DNA of 64,000 nucleotides, from the NCBI GenBank assembly GCA_964016885.1, contig OZ024747.1:22940001-23004000 (forward strand), given 5' to 3'. The DNA comes from Eledone cirrhosa. Its lineage: Eukaryota. A model generated the notes under the pieces. That model ran no database searches. It was given only the letters and a program-made list of their open reading frames with translations, and had not been told where the DNA came from. Position numbers and translations under genes: made by a program. Positions 13,473-26,267 of the stretch are shown here, piece by piece (position 1 is the stretch's first letter; every line of letters starts with the position of its first letter).

Positions 13473-13538
13473 TATATATTAGAAAGTGAGGTTTTTTTTA
13501 CAAAATGAAAAATAACCGGTGTCCTACAGGAGTGAAAG

Positions 13539-13797
13539 TATAAAGAAAAAAAGATGAAATCGAAAATGTAACTGGAGTCTTATTTAAAAAAATATATATA
13601 TATTTATTTGGTTCCTTTACCGGTTTTGCAGTTCTTCTGCTTTTCAAAAGTAGAGTTGAGATGGAGGGTCTGATCTCAACTCTACTTTTGAAAAGCAGAA
13701 GAACTGCGAAACCGGTAAAGGAACCAAATAAATATATATATTTTTTTTAAAAATAAGACTCCAGTTGCATTTTCGATTTCATCTTTTTTTCTTTATA
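13539..13797. repeat. Fold-back insert in (TA)n carrying a degenerate HHR-like core; homolog at 38101-38260
   Basis: Arms of about 123 bp; TTGAAAA-GCAG-AAGAA-CTGC-GAAA-CCGG-TA. Confidence 0.8.
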
Positions 13798-13835
13798 TAT
13801 ATATATGTATAAATAAATATATATATATATATATG

Positions 13836-14575
13836 TAATCAAGGTTTAGCAAATAAGAAAAAGTTTCAAAATAAATTTCAAAAAATTCACTGTACTTACC
13901 TTAACTTATGGTTACCTTTACCGAAACGGTTTTGAGTCTCAAAAATAAATGGATAGTCCTTGCGGGTCTCCATTGAAAAGATAAACTCTCGTCAGAAGGT
14001 TCTTTTCACTCGGAGAATATAAAATTCCTGAGTTCGAATTACGAACTGGCGCTATTCAAAATTGTTCCCAAGATGAGAATGAATGATGTGGAAGCAATTC
14101 TGTCCAGTGCCGTGTGTAAATATAGAAGGCAGTACAGGGAGGTCAGTCTACTACCACTATGAATAGCAGCAGTCAAAACGACCAAATTTTATCTCGACCA
14201 GGGGGAGATTAATAATAATAAAGTATATATCCCTACACGCAAAAAACGTATAGGGACACATGCATTATCCAACCATATGCCAATGTGGTTCTATGGCAGG
14301 TTAATAAATTAACGAGCCAGAACATATATAATCAAGGTTTAGCAAATAAGAAAAAGTTTCAAAATAAATTTCAGAAAATTCACTGTACTTACTATGGTTA
14401 CCTTTACCGAAACGGTTTCGAGTCTCAAAAATAAATGGATAGTCCTTGCGGGCCTCCATTGAAAAGATAAACTCTTGTCAGAAGGTTCTTTTCACTCGGA
14501 GAATATAAAATCCCCGAGTTCGATTTACGAACTGGCGCTATTCAAAATTGTTCCCGAGATGAGAATGAATGATGT
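13836..14575 (-). mobile_element. 493-bp tandem unit (1.5 copies) with type I HHR; Penelope pLTR- or retrozyme-like
   Basis: Direct repeat starts at 13836 and 14329; minus ACCTT-CTGACGA-GAGT...ACTC-GAAA-CCGTTTCGG-TA-AAGGT (composite of the two copies). Confidence 0.75.
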
Positions 14576-14647
14576 ATGTATATGTATAAATAAATATATA
14601 TATATATATCAAGTAAGTATGTTTTGAAACAGTGAGCAGGTTTGAAA

Positions 14648-14795
14648 TTAGAAAATAGAATAGCTTTCACCGTATTTTTGACTAAAGGAATTTTAGCCTG
14701 TACGTCAATACTCATCTTTTTCCATTTATCTGAGGGTTCTAAACCCCATTATTAGGCTAAAATTCCTTTAGTCAAAAATACGGTGAAAGCTATTC

Positions 14796-14806
<11 letters not shown>
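14648..14806. repeat. Fold-back insert with arms of about 52 bp
   Basis: TTAGAAAATAGAATAGC...AGCCT and its reverse complement. Confidence 0.9.
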
Positions 14807-14860
<54 letters not shown>

Positions 14861-14864
<4 letters not shown>

Positions 14865-15058
14865 TTATAAACTCAAACAGTCTTTTACAATTAAATAGCT
14901 CAAAGAAAGAGGTATTTCTGAGCCGTGAAATACAAATTAATATAAATTAATATATGATAAACACTAATACAATTATATAAGTGTTTGTATTGGTCATTTG
15001 CAATACAAACACTTATATAATTGTATTAGTGTTTATCATATATTAATTTATATTAATT

Positions 15059-15062
<4 letters not shown>
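14861..15062. repeat. Fold-back insert related to the 53614-54667 family
   Basis: Arms about 14931-14992 and 15001-15062; shares AATAGCTCAAAGAAAGA.GTATTTC.GAGCCGTG. Confidence 0.85.
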
Positions 15063-15117
<55 letters not shown>

Positions 15118-15406
15118 CGTAAGATAAGAAAATTATAAAATTATAAAAATATATATATATGTATAAATAAATATATATATATGTATATGTATAAATAAAT
15201 ATATATATATGTATATATATAAATAAATATATATATGTGTGTGTGTGTATAAATGTATGTATGAATATATGTGTGTGTATATGCATATATATGTGTATAT
15301 GTGTACATATATATGTATATTTATATATATATACATACATATATATATATATATATATACATACATACATATATATATATATGTGTGTATGTCTATACAT
15401 ATGTAT

Positions 15407-15493
<87 letters not shown>

Positions 15494-15494
15494 C

Positions 15495-15940
15495 CTATGC
15501 TTTGGCTTTTCCTACACTGACTTTAATAATACCAATTCCAAAACTGCAACGGAAACTCTGCTGTCTGGTAATGTGTTGCGTTGACTCCTCGTTGTAAGTG
15601 CATGGTTAACCGACGAGAAAGTATAGTGCTAGTGTGACCGATATAACAATTTTGGTCTCAAGTTCACAACTTTCATGTGTGCGTTGAAATTTATGTACCA
15701 CATTGGTAATTTACCGTACGTTCTAGTGTTTAACAATCTATGGTAGCACGTTAATGAAGACATTTTATTATTCTGGTATATTTGTAGTATATTCTAGCTA
15801 TAAGTATGTGGTTAGTATCGATGCATTGTGTTTTTTATGAGTTTTCTAATGACGTATTCATGCATTCTAAAACCAGTGTGTATTAGGTTCTTCTGATGAA
15901 AACCCCAAATATTATGAAAATCGATTTATGGAGGAAGTTG
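15495..15940 (-). pseudogene. Penelope-like element GIY-YIG endonuclease fragment, frameshifted
   Basis: Minus: TNVVHKFQRTHESCEL / NCYIGHTSTILSRRLTMHLQRG, matching the PLE pattern VVYxFxC...YIGxT...LxxRLxxH; upstream IYYK linker remnant. Confidence 0.8.
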
Positions 15941-15945
15941 ACATA

Positions 15946-16770
15946 ATAATGGTTTCTGGCCAGTGATTTTGGGGGAGGGGAAAGTCGATTAAATCGACCC
16001 CAGTGCGTGACTGGTACTTTATTTTATCGACCCCGTGAGGATGAAAGGCAAAGTTAACCTCGGCGGGATTTGAACTCAGACCATAAAGGGACGGAACTCT
16101 GTGCTGTAAAGAATGGCGTCCGACTCTCTACCGATATTGCCAACCCAACGCCTTTTTTTGTGGTTGGCATAATAATGATAATATATAATATTGGTTGTTG
16201 TGATGATAATAGTGATGCTGTAGAGGATGATGGTGATGATGGCAGTGGGCATGATAATGATGATGATGATGGTGATGATGACATGGTGGTGGTGGTGGTG
16301 GTGGTGGAGTTGATGGTAGTAATAATGATGAATATGATGATGATGATGTGAGTAATAATTGTTTCTACTTTTGGCACAAGGCCAGTAAATTACCCAGTGC
16401 ATTACTGGTACTTTATTTTATCGATCCCGTAAGGATGAAAGGCAAAGTTGACCTCGGCGGGATTTGAACGCAGACCGTAAAGGGCCGTAACTCTGTGTTG
16501 CAGAGCATGGCGTCCGACCCTCTACCGATACTGTCAATCCACCTGTGAGTAATAATTGTTTCTACTATTGTAGTTGTGATGGCAGAAATAATTGTTTCTA
16601 CTTTAGGCACAAGGCCAGCAATTAACCAGTACATTACAGGTACTTTATTTTATCGACCCCGTAAGGATGAAAGGCAAAGTCAACCTCGGCGGGATTTGAA
16701 CTCAGACCGTAAAGGGACGTAACTATGCTGGAAAGCATGGCGTCCGACCCTCTACCGATACTGCCAATCC
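15946..16770 (-). mobile_element. Three tRNA-SINE copies (15946-16150, 16352-16545, 16587-16770)
   Basis: Family body on the minus strand; TSD CAGAAATAAT around the third copy. Confidence 0.9.
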
Positions 16771-16980
16771 AGAAATAATGATGACGGTGGAGGTGTGAAA
16801 GTGGTAGTAGTGGATCAGGTTATGATGATGATGATGACGACGTTCGCAATGATGATGGATGTGTGACAGTAGTGGTGTTGGATGAGATAATGATGATGAT
16901 GATAACGATGATGATGATAATGATGATGATAAGGACGATGATGGCGGTGGTGACAGTAAACCATATAGTATTTGCCTTAC

Positions 16981-17194
16981 GTTGTGCAGTACTACTGCTC
17001 AAAACACCATTCTCTCCAGCTAAGCAATTGTAAACTTCAGAAGCAGTCAAACCACTGTTTGTGTTCCATTGAAACGTGCCGAAATCCGTTTCAAAACTGA
17101 CATGTTTGTGGCTCATTAAACTACTATCACAACGCATGCTTGCTTAATGTCATCAAAGCTTTTTGGAAACTGGACAGACTAGTTTCTTTGATAT
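16981..17194 (-). other. Candidate host exon, possibly containing a start codon
   Basis: TTTTCTAG acceptor and GTAAGG donor around non-repetitive sequence; MRCDSSLMSHKHVSFETDF... is open to the donor. Confidence 0.35.
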
Positions 17195-17829
17195 CTAGAA
17201 AATAGGCAATCACTCAGTGTGGGCTCTTCACCCTGGCAAGTTAACATTATTTCACTTTACCCTCTTATCTCTTCTCAACACAGCAGACTAACACAGAAAA
17301 TGGATATATATTTAAAAAACAACAACTAAATAATGGCGAAAAAAAAACCCCTCTAAAAAAACATTTATAGAGCGTTACAACAGATTATAGTTACAAAGGT
17401 TGGAGGGTTTGTAATAGCTTTTATAATCAAATTACTACTTGAAAGCCCCAATTTTTCTTGAAAGCAGAAATCCTCTGTTTGCAGGCATCAGCCCGTATTT
17501 GTTTCAATAGATAAATAGACGGCAGCTGACTTTTGACATTTTTACATGTTGACTAGATATATATATATACAGCAACCAGATGAAGCGACCAAGCTAAAAC
17601 TTCAAAGTCACTACCACTTTTCTACTTAGAAAATAACTTTCTACACTCTACCCACCCGTACTGACAGCTCATTCAGTTAATATGTGAATATTTTAAATAC
17701 TAAGGTATTTTAAACATATTGTAAAACTTTTATTCAACAAATTTCAATTAAATTAAAGAATGGTTGCAATAAGAAAAAGAGGAAAAGGTTAAATAGTGAA
17801 AATAAAGGAAAGAAGGGAGGGTGTGGCAG

Positions 17830-18330
17830 ATTATACCCCGGTTTAGGTGGTATATCCCAGCTGCACCCACCCCCCGGAGAAAAATGGCGAAGGCATTGCC
17901 ACAGAGAACAGCCAGCAACACCTGCTGCATAAGTCGCTCTTCCTCGGGTAGGAGAGACTCATCCCAATTTTTGGGAGGAAAACGACAGTTTAGGGACCGA
18001 AGACACCCGAGGTCACGACGGCAACCGGTACGAAAAGGAAGCGGTCGGTCAATCCACGGTATTTGATCACCTTTCTCTCCCCCCGAGTAACATGTGGCAA
18101 TGCCCAGGTTTGAGACCGAAACGACAATGTTGGAGGCGGAGAACAAATCACTGCACGCGGCGGCGTCTCAGATTAGAGAATTATCAATCTCGAAAAGGAA
18201 GAGGGTTATCTCGCTTGGGCGCTTACTATCACCACGGATGAGGTCGGTGAGCTCCAGTTGTGACAGGAAATATAGAGCCTGTATCTTGACGGTTACATAG
18301 ACACTGACTGTAGTTGTCGATTAAATAGTC
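17830..18330 (-). mobile_element. Decayed CRE-clade non-LTR retrotransposon, PD-(D/E)XK endonuclease region
   Basis: GDSKRPSEITLF...LI*DA..SDLF...KVIKYRGL...FVPVAVVTSGVFG...QQVLLAVLCGNAFAI across frameshifts. Confidence 0.8.
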
Positions 18331-18409
18331 ATAACGTTTGGATTGACTCCGAGTAGAGCCATGAGGTTAAAAAGGTACAACTTTTAGCTGCTGGCTGGAT
18401 AAACAAAAA

Positions 18410-18690
18410 TTATGGCTGTCAACTAGATAGAGAGAAATAACTATCGTGTCCATAGACACATATTAAAGATGTCGGCTAGATAGACACATTATAGTCGTCG
18501 GTTGGATTGGGAGATATAGATTATAACTGTTAGCTAGATAGACTAAACTAGCTATCGGCTAGATAGATACATATTATAGCTGATAGCTAGATAGACACAG
18601 GTTATAACTGTCGGCTAGATAGTCACAGATTATAGCTGATAGCTAGAAAGACACAAGTTCGAGCTGTTTGCTTGGATAGACACGAACATC
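18410..18690. repeat. Degenerate tandem repeat of about 30-35 bp
   Basis: Recurring TTATAACTGTCGGCTAGATAGACAC. Confidence 0.7.
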
Positions 18691-19204
18691 ACGTGCTTGC
18701 TTAATAAAGAATTCATCCTTGGTTGAGTCGATATGATAAAATAACTTATCGCATGTCTTCTGGCAAAATAAATCATTTTTAACACGAGTACAAGGTCACA
18801 TACATTATAATGAAGGGTACAGACGACTAAATCGATCCTGTCACTTGACATGTACTATTTTATCGATCTCCAATGATAAAAGATAAATTTGACATAGGCG
18901 GGATTTGCACTTAAAAAGTTGAGCGACTAACAGAATACTACATGTAATCGTCGCTTTACTGATTCTACTCATCCACATACATAATACTGTAACATTTGAC
19001 TGACATAGTGGTGTATTTGAAAGTATATACGATATGTTTATATATAATAAATATAAACAAATATTGTGTGTTAAGCTCGGATTTTTGAACTTACAAAACG
19101 TCTGATCAAGTCACCTTCTCTGCACCAAATTACCTCACACGAGTCAACGGGGAAGTTTCTCGAACAAAAATGGAAGAGACGTTTTTAAAAAAAAAAATTA
19201 TAAT

Positions 19205-19490
19205 CTATTCTTCTTCGGCCACTTGTTCCTGAGAGGGTTGTAGGGGACAGAGTCCTCAAACACCCCTCCAGCGGGTCCTGTCAGAAGTAACTGTCTCCAA
19301 CTGATCCGACTGGATCCCCCAAGAGAGACCAGTCAAGCTCATGGATGTTATCCAACCATCTTGCTCAGGGTCTACCTCTGGGTCTCCTGCTGGTTGGCTT
19401 TGCCCGTAAAATCTCTCCAACGATTCTTTCCTCAGACATTCTAACCACATGCCCATAATATCGGAGCTGTGATCTCTCATTTCTGAGGGT
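19205..19490 (-). mobile_element. RTE LINE 3' fragment
   Basis: RSQLRYYGHVVRMSEERI...RRPRGRP*ARWLD...DRTRWR. Confidence 0.85.
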
Positions 19491-20071
19491 GCACCATTGG
19501 AAATAGAGAGGTAGTGTCATCCAGTTCCTCCCGATGACGGACCGACCGCCACCACTACCACCACCAACAATAATCACAGTTACTCAGCTATTACAATCGT
19601 AAAGCCACCTCATTGGATCGCCCTGTTAAGGCAACTCACTGCATTACCAAATTGGCATACATCAATGTCTTCTCAAGCCGGATAACTGGTCTGAAACCGA
19701 AAGACAAGTAAGTACTCTCAGGTGATACAAATGTGTAATGGGTGAATATCTGGTTAGCTGCGGTGCAGAGATCGAATCACGTCTTAGACAAGATAGCAGG
19801 GAAACCATTTCAGCAAGACTTGCTAAACAACAATAATGATGACGACAACAATAAAACAGTACCACCACCACCACCACCACCACCACCACCATTAAACAGC
19901 AACAATAACAACATTACCACCAACAACAGCACCAACAACACTAACTACAACAATAGGAACAACAATTACAATAATAACACTACCATCAACACAACCACCA
20001 CCACCACCAAAAACAACCACAGCAACAACAGCAACAACAATAACACTAACTATCCACTAAGCCTACTCCTC

Positions 20072-23000
20072 CTTCCAGCCTACCTCCACCCAAGTTTATC
20101 CTCAGTCTACCCACCTCCAGCCTACCTCCACCCCAGTTTATCCTCAGTCTACCCACCTCCAGCAATACCCTCCACCCCAGTTTATCCTCAGTCTACCCAC
20201 CTCCAGCAATACCCTCCACCCCAGTTTATCCTCAGTCTACCCACCTCCAGCCTACCTCCACCCCAGTTTATCCTCAGTCTACCCACCGCCAGCAATACCC
20301 TCCACCCCAGTTTATCCTCAGTCTACCCACATCCAGCAATACCTTCGACCCCAGTTTATCCTCAGTCTACCCACCTCCAGCAATACCCTCCACCCCAGTT
20401 TATCCTCAGTCTTCCCACCTCCAGCAACACCTCCACCCCAGTTTATCCTCAGTCTACCCACCTCCAGCAATACCCTCCACCCCAGTTTATCCTCAGTCTA
20501 CCCACCTCCAGCAATACCCTCCACCCCAGTTTATCCTCAGTCTACCCACCTCCAGCCTACCTCCACCCCAGTTTATCCTCAGTCTTCCCACCTCCAGCAA
20601 TACCCTCCACCCCAGTTTATCCTCAGTCTACCCACCTCCAGCAATACCCTCCACCCCAGTTTATCCTCAGTCTTCCCACCTCCAGCAATACCTTCGACCC
20701 CAGTTTAGCCTCAGTCTACCCACCTCCAGCAATACCCTCCACCCAGTTATTCCTCAGTCTACCCACCTCTAGCAATACCCTCCACTCCAGTTTATCCTCA
20801 GTACCCACCTCCAGCCTACCCCACCCCAGTTTATCCTCAGTCTACCCACCTCCAGCAATACCCTCCACCCCATTTTATCCTCAGTCTACCCACATCCAGC
20901 AATACCTTCCACCCCAGTTTATCCTCAGTCTACCCACCTCCAGAAATACCCTCCACCCCAGTTTATCCTCAGTCTACCGACCTCCAGCAATACCCTCCAC
21001 CACAGTTTACCTTCAGTCTACCCACCTCCAGAAATACCCTCCACCCCAGTTTATCCTCAGTCTACCCACCTCCAGCAATACCTTCCACCCCAGTTTATCC
21101 TCAGTCTACCCACCTCCAGCAATACCCTCCACATCAGTTTATCCTCAGTCTACCCACCTCCAGCAATACCCTCCACCTAGGTTTATCCTCAGTCTTCCTA
21201 CCTCCAGTTATACCCTCCACCCCAGTTTATCCTCAGTCTTCCTACCTCCAGTTATACCCTCCACCCCAGTTTATCCTCAGTCTACCCACCTCCAGCAATA
21301 CCCTCCACCCCAGTTTATCCTCAGTCTACCGACCTCCAGCAATACCCTCCACCCCAGTTTACCATCAGTCTACCCACCTCCAGCAATACCCTCCACCCCA
21401 GTTTATCCTAAGTCTACCCACCTCCAACAATACCTTCCACCCCAGTTTATCCTCAGTCTACCCACCTCCAGCAATACCCTCCACCCCAGTTTATCCTCAG
21501 TCTTCCCACCTCCAGCAATACCCTCCACCCCAGTTTATCCTCAGTCTTCCCACCTCCAGCAATACCCTCCACCCCAGTTTATCCTCAGTCTACCCACCTC
21601 CAGCAATACCCTCCACCCCAGTTTATCCTCAGTCTTCCCACCTCCAGCAACACCTCCACCCCAGTTTATCCTCAGTCTACCCACCTCCAGCAATACCCTC
21701 CACCCCAGTTTATCCTCAGTCTACCCACCTCCAGCAATACCTTCCACCCCAGTTTATCCTCAGTCTTCCCACCTCCAGCAATACCCTCCACCCCAGTTTA
21801 TCCTCAGTCTTCCCACCTCCAGCCCAGTTTATCCTCAGTCTTCCCACCTCCAGTCTACCTCCACCCCAGTTTATCCTCAGCCTACCCACCTCCAGCAATA
21901 CTTTCCACCCCAGTTTATCCTCAGTCTTCCCACCTCCAGCAATACCTTCCACCCCAGTTTATCCTCAGTCTACCCACCTCCAGCAATACCCTCCACCCCA
22001 GTTCATCCTCAGTCTACCCACCTCCAGCCATACCCTCCACCCCAGTTTATCCTCAGTCTACCCACCTCCAGCCATACCCTCCACCCCAGTTTATCCTCAG
22101 TCTACCCACCTCCAGCAATACCCTCCACCCCAGTTTATCCTCAGTCTACCCACCTCCAGCAATACCTTCCACCCCAGTTTATCCTCAGTCTTCCCACCTC
22201 CAGCAATACCCTCCACCCCAGTTTCTCCTCAGTCTACCCACCTCCAGCAATACCTTCCACCCCAGTTTATCCTCAGTCTTCCCACCTCCAGCAATACCCT
22301 CCACACCAGTTTATCCTCAGTCTACCCACCTCCAGCAATACCCTCCACCCCAGTTTATCCTCAGTCTTCCCACCCCCAGCCCAGTTTATCCTCAGTCTTC
22401 CCACCTCCAGCCTACCTCCACCCCATTTTATCCTCAGTCTACCCACCTCCAGCCATACCCTCCACCCCAGTTTATTTTCAGTCTACCCACCTCCAGCAAT
22501 ACCTTCCACCCAGTTTATCCTCAGTCTACCCACCTCCAGTCATACCCTCCACCCCAGTTTATCCTCAGTCTACCCACCTCCAGCAATACCCTCCACCCCA
22601 GTTTATCCTCAGTTTACCCACCTCCAGCCATAACCTCCACCCCAGTTTATCCTCAGTCTACCCACCTCCAGCAATACCTTCCACCCCAGTTTATCCTCAG
22701 TCTTCCCACCTCCAGCAATACCTTCCACCCCAGTTTATCCTCAGTCTACCCACCTCCAGCCATACCCTCCACCCCAGTTTATCCTCAGTCTACCCACCTC
22801 CAGCAATACCTTCCACCCCAGTTTATCCTCAGTCTACCCACCTCCAGCAATACCTTCCACCCCAGTTTATCCTCAGTCTACCCACCTCTAGCAATACCTT
22901 CCACCCCAGTTTATCCTCAGTCTACCCACCTCCAACAATACCCTCCACCCCAGTTTATCCTCAGTCTACCCACCTCTAGCAATACCTTCCACCCCAGTTT

Positions 23001-24008
23001 ATCCTCAGTCTACCCACCTCCAGCAATACCCTCCACCCCAGTTTATCCTCAGTCTACCCACCTCCAGCCATACCCTCCACCCCAGTTTATCCTCAGTCTA
23101 CCCACCTCCAGCCATACCCTCCACCCCAGTTTATCCTCAGTCTACCCACCTCCAGCCATACCCTCCACCCCAGTTTATCCTCAGTCTACCCACCTCCAGC
23201 CATACCCTCCACCCCAGTTTATCCTCAGTCTACCCACCTCCAGCCATACCCTCCACCCCAGTTTATCCTCAGTCTACCCACCTCCAGCCATACCCTCCAC
23301 CCCAGTTCATCCTCAGTCTACCCACCTCCAGCCATACCCTCCACCCCAGTTTATCCTCAGTCTACCCACCTCCAGCCATACCCTCCACCCCAGTTTATCC
23401 TCAGTCTACCCACCTCCAGCCATACCCTCCACCCCAGTTTATCCTCAGTCTACCCACCTCCAGCCATACCCTCCACCCCAGTTTATCCTCAGTCTACCCA
23501 CCTCCAGCCATACCCTCCACCCCAGTTTATCCTCAGTCTACCCACCTCCAGCCATACCCTCCACCCCAGTTTATCCTCAGTCTACCCACCTCCAGCAATA
23601 CCCTCCACCCCAGTTTATCCTCAGTCTACCCACCTCCAGCCATACCCTCCACCCCAGTTTATCCTCAGTCTACTCACCTCCAGCAATACCCTCCACCCCA
23701 GTTCATCCTCAGTCTACCCACCTCCAGCCATACCCTCCACCCCAGTTTATCCTCAGTCTACCCACCTCCAGCCATACCCTCCACCCCAGTTTATCCTCAG
23801 TCTACCCACCTCCAGCCATACCCTCCACCCCAGTTCATCCTCAGTCTACCCACCTCCAGCCATACCCTCCACCCCAGTTTATCCTCAGTCTACCCACCTC
23901 CAGCCATACCCTCCACCCCAGTTCATCCTCAGTCTACCCACCTCCAGCCATACCCTCCACCCCAGTTTATCCTCAGTCTACCCACCTCCAGCCATACCCT
24001 CCACCCCA
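20072..24008. repeat. 44-bp minisatellite with 41-bp variants, about 90 copies
   Basis: Unit CCACCCCAGTTTATCCTCAGTCTACCCACCTCCAGC(A/C)ATACCCT. Confidence 0.98.
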
Positions 24009-24711
24009 CTAGCTCGGCTCTGTTTACTGAACTCAGCAGCAGAACCATGAAATGTTTTGTCAGACTACACAAGAAAACCTGTTATTTGATTTACTCCAAA
24101 CACTCTACCTTCACCGCCGCCGTCACCACCACCACCACGTCCACTACCACCAGTGGGGGTGGAGGTGGTGGTGGTGGTGGAATGTGGTAATGGAGACTGA
24201 CGACGGTGAGGATGGAGAGGGAGGGTTAGAGGTGAATGCGATGGTGGTGGTGGTGGTGGTGGTGGTGGTGCTGATAAAGTGATGATGTTTGGTAACGGTG
24301 TTAATGATATTGAGATGACAGAAGAGGTGATAGTGGTATTGGTCGTAGTGTTAATGTTGGTGGTGGTGGTAGTGTTGGTGGTGGTGTTGTTGTTGTTGGT
24401 GTTATTAGTGGTGGTGGTGGTGTTGTAGTTGGTGTTGCTGGTGTTGGTGGTAGTAGTGCTGTTGGTGTTGTTTGTGGCGTTGACAGCATTGTTGTTGTTG
24501 CTGGTGGTGGTATTGTTGTTGGTGGTGTTATTAGTGGTGGTGGTGGTGGTGTTGTTGCTGGTGTTGTTGTTGCTGTTGTTGTTGTTGGTTTTGTTGCTGG
24601 TGTTGTTGGTGGTGTTGTTAGTGGCGTTGTTGTTGTTGGTGTTGGTGTTGGTATTGCTCTTGTCACATTCACATTACACCACCTAGAATTACTGACACAG
24701 TTACTCAACTA

Positions 24712-24878
24712 CTAGAGTAGCCAATTCTGCCTGAAATCACACCCTACATTAAAGTCAGTTACATTGGGTGCTGTTGTCAATGATACAAACAAAAAAAAAT
24801 GGAATGTTCACGGCTTGAACACCATTCATAGTACTTGGTTAGGTCTGGTCTAGTCGAGTCTGGGGGTTGAACAACTAC
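24712..24878 (+). mobile_element. Old dispersed retroposon with (CAA)n-like tail; copies near 11575 (minus), 31725, 46540 and 60135
   Basis: Shared ..AAATAGCAGCCAAATCTCCCTCAAATCACACCCTAC.. and ..GACCTGGGGCTAAACAAC. Confidence 0.6.
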
Positions 24879-25388
24879 GATAAATAACATCTAAGCCACA
24901 CATGTTCTTTCTTCTTCCTCCATACATACGTATGTACAGACATTAGAGAATTACAAGAACAGTCATTTAATTAAACTGTAAAGGTATGTCAAACATTCCA
25001 GAAATTTAGTCAGTAATAACTGCATATATATACATGCATAGATATAGAAAATATGTAGACTCACGGGTCTCGAATAATTGCTGCCCCCCCCCCCCCCCCC
25101 CCCAACAAAAAATGTTTTTGCTAATCTATCTTCGGCGAAATTTAATTTTAAGTGTTAGCATTCCTGCGACAATTAATTTTCTTTATACATTAAATAAAAC
25201 ATTATACATGACAAAAACATTCATTACAAGAAATCGCAAACGTTATAAACTAAATCTTCGAGCACATACTCTGTTCCATTGTTCTACCCAGTTGGTAAAA
25301 ATCTTTTGTTTTTTTTCATGTGAGTACCCAGGGCTCTGGTTTGCCTTAAAAATGTGAGGGGGACAAACCAGCATTTGTTGATTCTTTA

Positions 25389-25556
25389 GAGGGTCGGACG
25401 CCATGCTTTCCAGCATAGTTACGTCCCTTTACGATCTGAGTTCAAATCCCGCCGAGGTTGACTTTGCCTTTCATCCTTACGGGGTCGATAAAATAAAGTA
25501 CCAGTAATGCACTGGGTAATTGCTGGCCTTGTGCCTAAAGTAGAAACAGTTATTAT
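25389..25556 (+). mobile_element. tRNA-SINE
   Basis: Near-identical to 590-758. Confidence 0.92.
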
Positions 25557-26267
25557 TGCTTATGGTGCCTTTCCCGGACCCTATCACATAAGTAAAATTT
25601 TACGCTAATTAAATTTTATATATTCAAATGAAGTTTATATATTCAAATGAAGATATATAAAAATAAGCTTAAAAAGAATCTATTATATCAAATAAACATG
25701 TTAGTGGGATTTTCTGTTTTTAATTGGGAAAAAGCAAGGGGGGACAAAAGATGGTTTTTTCCCCCCATTCCTGAAAAAGAGAGGGTCCCCTAGTACCCCC
25801 CTGAATTAAGGTCCTTGTGTGTACCAGTCATAATTTTAGGTCGTTTGAAGTGACTACACTACTTACTATTGCTTGCAAAATGTGTGGCCTTGTGCTTAAG
25901 TCAACAATTGGTATTTCTTTTTTTTTTTAAAGATTCCGTTGTGTCACATTCCTAGCAATAATATCTATTAATTCCCTGTAGTTAGGCTTCGTTTGTAAAA
26001 ACAGATTTTTTCCTCTTTCTCTTGCTTGTTAGATTACGAAGAAAACATTATAAGTGAGGGGTGTCAACTATCTTAATTAACAAGCTGATATAATTATGAA
26101 TATGTTCATAACCATAAGAAAACATATTGGTATTTTTCTTCGTTTATGTTAAAGCAGTGAATGGGTAATTAAAATGTCAAAATGAAGACCGCTTTACATG
26201 TGTAGTCATATACTACGACAGATTGAAACAGTCGTATCGTAATGCCAGTGTGTATTCATACGCTCAG

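Noticed and set aside
15885-15935. CTGATGA...GAAA-ATCGAT-TT as an HHR
   Set aside because: Stems I and II do not pair, and it lies antisense within the PLE coding relic
19742-22633. 963-aa proline-rich ORF
   Set aside because: Translation of a stop-free 44-bp minisatellite cycling through all three frames
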